From assembly GCA_048939465.1 (NCBI GenBank), contig JBHLPL010000028.1, positions 1 through 19,276 on the forward strand: a stretch of DNA of 19,276 bases, given 5' to 3'. The notes under the pieces were generated by a model that worked only from the letters and a program-made list of their open reading frames with translations, was not told the DNA's origin and did no database searches. The stretch's first letter is position 1. Each line of letters starts with the position of its first letter. This DNA is from Promethearchaeota archaeon. GTDB lineage: Archaea > Asgardarchaeota > Odinarchaeia > Odinarchaeales > JBHLKK01. Shown here piece by piece: positions 13,594 to 19,276 of this stretch. Position numbers and translations under genes: made by a program.

Positions 13594-16479
13594 TTGAGGG
13601 AGAATACTTTCTCGTTGCTCTCCAAATCCCTTCAGCACGTATTGACAAAAGAAGGGTTTGTCGAAGCAACAGAACCTCAGCGAAGAGCGATACCACACAT
13701 CCTTAGTGGTGGGAATGTCCTAGTTATTGCTCCTACTGCCTCAGGAAAGACTGAAGCCGCAATTCTTCCTATATTCAGCAAGTTTTTGGAATCTGAAAAG
13801 GAGAAACTTGGAATTAGGATCTTGTATATAACGCCTTTACGAGCGCTGAATCGAGATATTTTCAGAAGAATCATCAAACTCGGCGGAGAATTAGGAATGC
13901 ATATAGAAGTCCGCCATGGTGATACTGAGGCCAGCAAAAGACGAAAACAGGCATTGATACCCCCCGATATGCTGATAACTACGCCCGAAACACTTCAAGC
14001 CATCCTGCCGGGGAAAAGAATGCAACAACATCTACGTAGCGTGAAATGGGTCATAGTTGATGAAATTCATGAAATAGTCACAGATAAACGAGGAGTCCAA
14101 CTCTCGATGGCCCTCGAAAGACTGAGAAAAGTAACTGACACGGATTTCCAGAGAATCGGCTTATCTGCCACAGTCGGAGATCCCCGCAAAGTAGCATCGT
14201 TCCTTGTCGGCGAGTCTGCAGCAATAGAAATCGTAAACATACCTCACTCAAAGAGGCTGACAATAGAGATTGAGAACGTGCGTCCTACCAAGGATGATGA
14301 AGAACTCGCAAACCAGCTTTTTACAAGCTTTCGAAGTGCCGCAAGAGTAAGAAGGATTGCTGAACTTGTTGAGAAGTATAATTCTGTACTGGTGTTTGTT
14401 AACACGCGTGAGAATGCTGAGGCAATATCCTCCAGATTACGGCTGCTTGAGCCGGTTTTCCGCTTTGGAGTGCACCATGGCTCACTGTCCCGTGAGGTCC
14501 GCGTTGAAGCTGAAAAAGAGTTTAAGAACGAGGAATTGAAATGCGTAGTCTGCACATCCTCGCTGGAGTTGGGGATTGACATCGGCGCTATTGATTTCGT
14601 CGTACAATACATGTCTCCTCGCCAAGTTTCTAGACTTATTCAAAGGGTTGGCCGCTCCGGTCATTCTATTGGAGAGACCTCTCATGGACTCGTTATTTGC
14701 ACAGATTTTGACGATGTATCTGAATCCCTTGCTCTCGCAAGTAGATCTGTAAGCGGACAACTGGAAGAGGTGTTACTGCACGAAAATGCGCTGGATGTTC
14801 TTTGTCACCAAATAGTGGGCACTATTCTCGACAATCGAAGGATTTCTCAAGAGGAAATGTTCAGGATTATTAAACGAGCCTACCCGTTCCGGAACTTGAG
14901 TTGGGAAAAGTTTCTTGGAATATTAGACTACATGAGAGGACTTAGGCTGATTTGGGTTGCTGATGACTACGTATCCTCACGAAGAGGAACACATCTTTAT
15001 TATTTCACACATCTCTCCATGATTCCAGACGTGAAGCGTTATGAAGTGCTAAACACGACCACTGGAAAGCCAGTCGGGACACTTGATGAGGAGTTCATCG
15101 TAGATCATGGTGAAGGAACCGTTTTCATTGTCCGAGGGAGACCTTGGAAGATTATTAGTGTTGATGAAGAGATAGTTCGGGTTGAAGAAGTGGACAATCC
15201 TACTGGAGCCATCCCCTCGTGGGAAGGTGAACTGATTCCGGTTCCTTTTGAAGTGGCCCAAGACGTAGGGAGGTTGCGTGAAGCCATAGCGAAAGCAATA
15301 GATGCTGGAAGAGATCCTTACGAGGCGCTTTTAGAGACCGACATCTTTCAAAGGCTAGAAGCTTTTTCTGAATGGGTTCCTCTAAAGGACGACCTAGAGG
15401 TTGTAATCAACACAATAATAAATCAACTCGAAAGCAAGATTGAGGTACCCACGCATAGAAAAATCGTTGTAGAACCAGTCATAATTGATGACGTGGGTTG
15501 GTTTGTTGTAATCCACTCTTGTTTTGGCAGCAAGGTAAATCAGACAATCGGGCATATTCTAACCTCATTGCTCTCTGCTCGTCTCGGAGCAAGTGTAGCT
15601 GTCAGAACAGATCCTTATCGAATAACAATCAAACTTCCAGATATTGTGAAAATTGATGTTTTCCGTGAAATATTGCTAAAAACAAAGCCAGAGCACATAA
15701 ATGAGATTCTGAGAATCATCCTGAAAGGAACTTCTCTTTATCACTGGAGACTCATGCATGTTGCAAAAAGGTTTGGTGCTATTGATAAGGATGTTGAGTT
15801 TAGAAGGATAGGTAGGAGATTACTAGGAGCCTATGAAGAAACGCCTATTGGCGTTGAAGCTATGAGAGAAATCATGGTAGAAAAGCTGGACATCAAACGA
15901 ACCAAGAATGTCTTTGACATGATCCAGAAGGGTAATATGGAGGTAGTCTCGGCGAAGAAGTGGGGTAAAGGTTCTCCAATGTCGATCCCTTCCCTACGAT
16001 GGTTCAGACCACATGGTCGTACTGCCCCTCCTCGCCCCGAAGCTCAAATCATTGAAGCTGTAAAGACTCGATTGATGGGCCGTCAGGTTAAACTCGTTTG
16101 CCTGTTTTGTGGAAACTGGCAAACGATCAGAACAGTTGGTACTTTAGCTGAGAATCCGAAGTGCAAAAACTGCGATTCCGGGATTCTGGCAGTAACTTAC
16201 CGTGGCGATTCAGATCTACCCAAGATTGTAAAACGATGGAAATCTGGTCAAGAACTAAGCAAGGAGGAAAAAAAGAGGATCAAAAGAGCTCAAAAATCTG
16301 CAAGTCTCGTGTTATCAATGGGAAAGAAGGCAGTCATTGCGTTGGCTGGACACGGTATCGGTCCTGCGACAGTTTCCAAGATTCTAAAAAGGAAACCTAC
16401 TCTGGATAAGAAGTTCTATAAGAGCATTTTAGAGGCTGAGAAAGAATATGCACGCACTCGAGTATTCTGGGATGATTAG
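13594..16479 (+). CDS. lhr: Lhr-family SF2 ATP-dependent helicase with C-terminal Zn finger
   Basis: APTASGKTE (motif I), YITPLRALNRD, VRHGDT, LITTPETL, IVDEIHE, IGLSAT, HHGSLS, TSSLELGIDIG, QRVGRSGH, WEGELIP, C-terminal CLFC...CKNC and EYARTRVFWD end. Confidence 0.93.
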   Translation: MRENTFSLLSKSLQHVLTKEGFVEATEPQRRAIPHILSGGNVLVIAPTASGKTEAAILPIFSKFLESEKEKLGIRILYITPLRALNRDIFRRIIKLGGELGMHIEVRHGDTEASKRRKQALIPPDMLITTPETLQAILPGKRMQQHLRSVKWVIVDEIHEIVTDKRGVQLSMALERLRKVTDTDFQRIGLSATVGDPRKVASFLVGESAAIEIVNIPHSKRLTIEIENVRPTKDDEELANQLFTSFRSAARVRRIAELVEKYNSVLVFVNTRENAEAISSRLRLLEPVFRFGVHHGSLSREVRVEAEKEFKNEELKCVVCTSSLELGIDIGAIDFVVQYMSPRQVSRLIQRVGRSGHSIGETSHGLVICTDFDDVSESLALASRSVSGQLEEVLLHENALDVLCHQIVGTILDNRRISQEEMFRIIKRAYPFRNLSWEKFLGILDYMRGLRLIWVADDYVSSRRGTHLYYFTHLSMIPDVKRYEVLNTTTGKPVGTLDEEFIVDHGEGTVFIVRGRPWKIISVDEEIVRVEEVDNPTGAIPSWEGELIPVPFEVAQDVGRLREAIAKAIDAGRDPYEALLETDIFQRLEAFSEWVPLKDDLEVVINTIINQLESKIEVPTHRKIVVEPVIIDDVGWFVVIHSCFGSKVNQTIGHILTSLLSARLGASVAVRTDPYRITIKLPDIVKIDVFREILLKTKPEHINEILRIILKGTSLYHWRLMHVAKRFGAIDKDVEFRRIGRRLLGAYEETPIGVEAMREIMVEKLDIKRTKNVFDMIQKGNMEVVSAKKWGKGSPMSIPSLRWFRPHGRTAPPRPEAQIIEAVKTRLMGRQVKLVCLFCGNWQTIRTVGTLAENPKCKNCDSGILAVTYRGDSDLPKIVKRWKSGQELSKEEKKRIKRAQKSASLVLSMGKKAVIALAGHGIGPATVSKILKRKPTLDKKFYKSILEAEKEYARTRVFWDD

Positions 16480-16542
16480 ATTGCGGCTTGAATTCCGGGC
16501 AGACATCCCAAATCCCACACGATCTCTGAGAAACTGGAATGA

Positions 16543-16557
16543 GGAAAGCTTATAAAA
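16543..16557 (+). promoter_or_regulatory. BRE/TATA promoter for the small-Cys-protein-lsrF-dehydrogenase unit
   Basis: GGAAAGC immediately followed by TTATAAAA (16550-16557), about 75 nt upstream of the GTG at 16632. Confidence 0.55.
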
Positions 16558-16631
16558 TGGGACTCAAAACAGACTCTGTCTAAAAAACATCAGTCTATTA
16601 ACCTAAAGATAAAGAGAAAGGGTGATGATGA

Positions 16632-16844
16632 GTGTCAATACCAGGATACGTGGATTATAAGAGACGAGAATTCTGCAATGACATTCAGTGTCCAGTGCAG
16701 CTAAAGCTGAATTCACTGAAGGAAGGTTCTGAGGAATATCAGGAGGTCAGAAAAACTTGCGTAAATGCGTGCAAATTCACCACGTTTCAGTTTCACCATT
16801 GGTTGATAGATAAAGGTTATTTAATAGTTAAATCAAGAAAGTAG
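16632..16844 (+). CDS. Small Cys/His-rich hypothetical protein (70 aa), putative metal binder
   Basis: GTG start with GGGTGA SD. C-x4-C...C-x3-C...FHHWL pattern. Ends 9 nt before lsrF. Confidence 0.8.
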   Translation: MSIPGYVDYKRREFCNDIQCPVQLKLNSLKEGSEEYQEVRKTCVNACKFTTFQFHHWLIDKGYLIVKSRK

Positions 16845-16853
16845 AGAATTAAA

Positions 16854-17669
16854 ATGACGGGTGAGGGAAGAATGAGTTGGGGAATGAAAAATCGAATGTC
16901 GAGAATAATTAATCCGAAGACTGGCCATACCGTGATGCTTGCAGTAGATCATGGGTATTTTCAAGGACCTACCTCGGGGCTACAGATACCTCGGAAGACA
17001 ATTACTCCTCTTATACCCTATGCCGACACGCTGATGCTAACTAGAGGGATACTACGTACTTCTGTGGATGCAGAAAATCGAATACCAATAGTATTAAGAG
17101 TTTCAGGCGGAACAAGTATGGTCAGAAGAGAAGAGCTGTCCGATGAAGGGATTACTACTTCTATGGAGGAAGCCATTCGTCTTAATGTGTCTGGGGTTGC
17201 GCTCTCAATTTTCGTTGGGTCAGAACATGAGCGACAGACTCTGCTGAATCTTTCAAAGCTTGTAGATCGGGGTGAAGAATACGGCATTCCTGTTCTGGCT
17301 GTTACTGCTGTTGGGACAAAGATGGCAAGGGATGCCCGTTATCTGGGTCTCGCTTCACGTATAGCAGCTGAACTCGGGGCTCATATCGTCAAAACCTACT
17401 ACTGTGAAGATTTCGAGAAAGTTGTTGAAGGATGCCCTGTTCCTATAGTCATTGCGGGCGGAAAGAAAATACCAGAGCCGGATGCATTCAAGCTAGCTTA
17501 CGATGCTATTCAAGCTGGTGCGGTAGGTGTGGATATGGGCAGAAATATCTTCCAATCTGAGCATCCTGTGCAGGCCATAAAGGCTGTCCGTGCAATTGTT
17601 CAAGACGACTATACTGCAAAAGAGGCACTTGAACTATTTAATAAGGAGACAAGTGGAGTAGCAAAATAA
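16854..17669 (+). CDS. lsrF: LsrF-family class I aldolase-fold thiolase (3-hydroxy-5-phosphonooxypentane-2,4-dione thiolase); start 16854 or 16872
   Basis: WGMKNRMSRI, MLAVDHGYFQGPT, LRVSGG, PVLAVTAVG, AAELGAHIVKTYY (Schiff-base/catalytic Lys), IVIAGGKK and GVDMGRNIFQS. Confidence 0.92.
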   Translation: MTGEGRMSWGMKNRMSRIINPKTGHTVMLAVDHGYFQGPTSGLQIPRKTITPLIPYADTLMLTRGILRTSVDAENRIPIVLRVSGGTSMVRREELSDEGITTSMEEAIRLNVSGVALSIFVGSEHERQTLLNLSKLVDRGEEYGIPVLAVTAVGTKMARDARYLGLASRIAAELGAHIVKTYYCEDFEKVVEGCPVPIVIAGGKKIPEPDAFKLAYDAIQAGAVGVDMGRNIFQSEHPVQAIKAVRAIVQDDYTAKEALELFNKETSGVAK

Positions 17670-17734
17670 GAAACGCAAAATACGTAGCTATTGAAATTTC
17701 TTCTTTCTCTTTGCTTTGGTCAGAGGGTAGTACT

Positions 17735-18763
17735 ATGCGTGTGGCTATGTATTATAATAACAACGACGTAAGATTTGAGGAAATGCCAAAGCCAAAAATC
17801 AATCCAGGAGAAATCTTGGTTAAGGTAATGGCCAGTGGCATTTGCGGGAGCGACGTGATGGAATGGTATCGCATAAAGAAAGCTCCCCGTGTACTTGGTC
17901 ACGAAATCTCTGGCGAGATTGTTGAGATTGGTGACGGGGTGACAGGCTATCGGGTTGGGGACAGGGTTTTTGTGTCTCATCATGTACCGTGCAACACCTG
18001 CCGGTATTGCCTGTTTGGCCATCATACCGCTTGCGAGACCTTGCATACAACGAATTTCGATCCGGGGGGCAATTCAGAATATATCCGGGTACCACAAATC
18101 AACGTAGACCGCGGTGTTTTTGCTCTGCCAGAAGAGGTATCTTTTGAAGAGGCGGTGTTCGTAGAACCACTCGCCTGTGCTGTACGTGGCCAAAGACTGA
18201 TCGACGTGAAACCCGGTCAGACCGTCCTGGTCATTGGCTGTGGCATTTCTGGGCTACTGCATTTACAATTGGCACATGCACTCGGCGCAACACGTGTCGC
18301 TGCATCCTGCAAATATCCCTTTCAGCTTGAAGCCGCTAGGAAGTTCGGGGCGGACATTGTTATTGATGCAAAAGAAGATGTGTCGCATACGTTAAGAAAG
18401 GCTAATGACGGCAGACTTGCAGATGCAGCCATAGTATGTGCTGGATCCTCTTCGGCCGCAAGAACAGCCTTGGAATCCGTTGACAGGGGCGGTACTATAT
18501 TGTTCTTTGCGGTGCCACCACCAGATGTTGAATTTCCAATTAATCTAAATGAGATTTGGAGAAATGAGATTACCCTGAAAACCTCTTATGCAGCCAGTCC
18601 TTTAGACATTCTCCAGTCCATAGAGTTAATACGTTCCCGCAATGTACGGGTCCGTGAGATGGTTACGCATCGACTAAGCCTAGAAGAAGCAGGGCTGGGT
18701 TTCAAGCTCATGGCAAAAAAGACTGAGGGTGTAATCAAAGTAATACTCAAGCCGCATGGGTAA
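17735..18763 (+). CDS. Zn-dependent medium-chain dehydrogenase (sorbitol/threonine dehydrogenase-like)
   Basis: GICGSD, LGHE, structural-Zn CNTCRYC...C, EPLAC, GCGISG Rossmann motif and C-terminal KVIL. ATG at 17735 with GAGGGT SD is preferred over TTG 17711. Confidence 0.92.
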   Translation: MRVAMYYNNNDVRFEEMPKPKINPGEILVKVMASGICGSDVMEWYRIKKAPRVLGHEISGEIVEIGDGVTGYRVGDRVFVSHHVPCNTCRYCLFGHHTACETLHTTNFDPGGNSEYIRVPQINVDRGVFALPEEVSFEEAVFVEPLACAVRGQRLIDVKPGQTVLVIGCGISGLLHLQLAHALGATRVAASCKYPFQLEAARKFGADIVIDAKEDVSHTLRKANDGRLADAAIVCAGSSSAARTALESVDRGGTILFFAVPPPDVEFPINLNEIWRNEITLKTSYAASPLDILQSIELIRSRNVRVREMVTHRLSLEEAGLGFKLMAKKTEGVIKVILKPHG

Positions 18764-18765
18764 TC

Positions 18766-18873
18766 TTGAACTTGGTTCATAAAAGACTGGATGTTCCCCT
18801 GATAGCTGTAACCTACGAGGAATCACAGGAATCACTCAACAAGTACTTCCGTGAATATTTCCCCGAAAGCTGG
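18766..18873 (+). pseudogene. Duplicated internal fragment of the downstream DUF99 gene (LNLVHKRLDVPLIAVTYEESQESLNKYFREYFPESW)
   Basis: 18766-18842 is identical to 19200-19276. The continuation to 18873 reads in frame as DUF99-like sequence (KYFREYFP). The right boundary near the G7 run at 18872-18878 is inferred. Confidence 0.75.
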
Positions 18874-18935
18874 GGGGGAGTTAACATAGGAAGGAATACA
18901 AAGAGTGGTGTCCTTAAGATATAGGAGCTGAGACC

Positions 18936-19276
18936 TTGTCCGTTAGAGTTTCTAAGAAGGGCCTTCGTGCTCTTGGTATCTCCGAAAGCTTTCAAAAAGA
19001 GAAGAGTGAAAAATCGGTTTTAGCTGGTGTTGTAACACGGGCTGATCGAATAATAGACGGATTTGCTGCAACAACTATCACAGTGGGTGGATTTGACGCA
19101 ACTGATGGAGTGATTCGTATATTCGATATTATCGACAGAACAGACATTAATGTTCTAATGCTTAATGGTGTTGTAATTGCGTGGTTTAATGTTATCGATT
19201 TGAACTTGGTTCATAAAAGACTGGATGTTCCCCTGATAGCTGTAACCTACGAGGAATCACAGGAATCACTCAACAA
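18936..19276 (+). CDS. DUF99-family (endonuclease V-like) protein, 3'-truncated by the window edge; not in the ORF track
   Basis: Hand translation from TTG 18936 (AGGAGCTGA SD at 18923-18931): MSVRVSKKGLRALGISESFQKEKSEKSVLAGVVTRADRIIDGFAATTITVGGFDATDGVIRIFDIIDRTDINVLMLNGVVIAWFNVIDLNLVHKRLDVPLIAVTYEESQESLN. The LGIxESF, GVV.R.D..IDG, VGG.DAT, G..IAWFNVIDL and P.IAVTYEES motifs are typical of DUF99. Confidence 0.88.
   Translation, partial: MSVRVSKKGLRALGISESFQKEKSEKSVLAGVVTRADRIIDGFAATTITVGGFDATDGVIRIFDIIDRTDINVLMLNGVVIAWFNVIDLNLVHKRLDVPLIAVTYEESQESLN
19200..19276 (+). repeat. 77-nt exact direct repeat of 18766-18842 (offset 434 bp), reaching the window end
   Basis: Base-by-base identity over 77 nt. 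The base before each copy differs (C at 18765, T at 19199). Confidence 0.97.

Noticed and set aside
17735-18763. Slightly higher GC in the dehydrogenase gene (hand counts 50% at 18001-18060 and 57% at 18181-18240 versus 43% at 6001-6060) as a sign of horizontal transfer
   Set aside because: Only a few 60-nt samples were counted and the gene is Gly/Ala/Pro-rich. A proper GC3/tetranucleotide analysis is needed.
3316-18780. Numerous short antisense or alternative-frame ORFs inside the hdr, lhr, lsrF and dehydrogenase genes
   Set aside because: They lie within well-supported genes, have no recognisable motifs, and are typical shadow ORFs.
18813-18995. ORF-track 60-aa minus-strand ORF
   Set aside because: It is antisense to the DUF99 fragment and DUF99 start, and has no motifs.
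18766-19276. The direct repeat as a CRISPR array, DGR template/variable pair or transposon target-site duplication
   Set aside because: There are only two copies, they are identical with no adenine-specific mismatches, they are coding-derived, and no cas, reverse transcriptase, integrase or transposase is in the window.
1-19276. uvrB, lhr and DUF99 as a DNA-repair island around the hdr cluster
   Set aside because: They are separated by unrelated metabolic genes with their own promoters, and nothing in the sequence links them beyond proximity.

Overview
Archaeal-looking genomic segment from an anaerobe. Support for archaeal origin: archaeal-type adenylate kinase, AlaX-M, Lhr with a C-terminal Zn finger, DUF99, TATA/BRE-like promoters, GGAGG/GGTGA-type ribosome-binding sites and frequent TTG/GTG starts. 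The lineage cannot be fixed from the sequence alone. Gene order: 3' part of uvrB, adkA, alaXM (minus strand), then a tightly packed ~10.1-kb, ten-gene heterodisulfide-reductase cluster at 2722-12844 (hdrC-hdrB-FwdF-like polyferredoxin-hdrC-hdrB-short hdrA-hdrA/mvhD fusion-tandem-repeat ferredoxin-full hdrA-mvhD) with no hydrogenase or formate-dehydrogenase catalytic subunits. After it come an orphan winged-helix-like ORF, lhr helicase, a module of a 70-aa Cys/His protein + lsrF thiolase + Zn-dependent dehydrogenase, and a DUF99 gene running off the right edge whose internal segment is duplicated 434 bp upstream. The most striking signals are (i) two HdrA paralogues with complementary domain losses (QmoA/QmoB-like), (ii) loss of the LExER glutamates in all three HdrA copies, (iii) the lsrF module without other lsr genes nearby and (iv) the DUF99 duplication. 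No tRNA, rRNA, CRISPR array, transposase or selenocysteine recoding was found.
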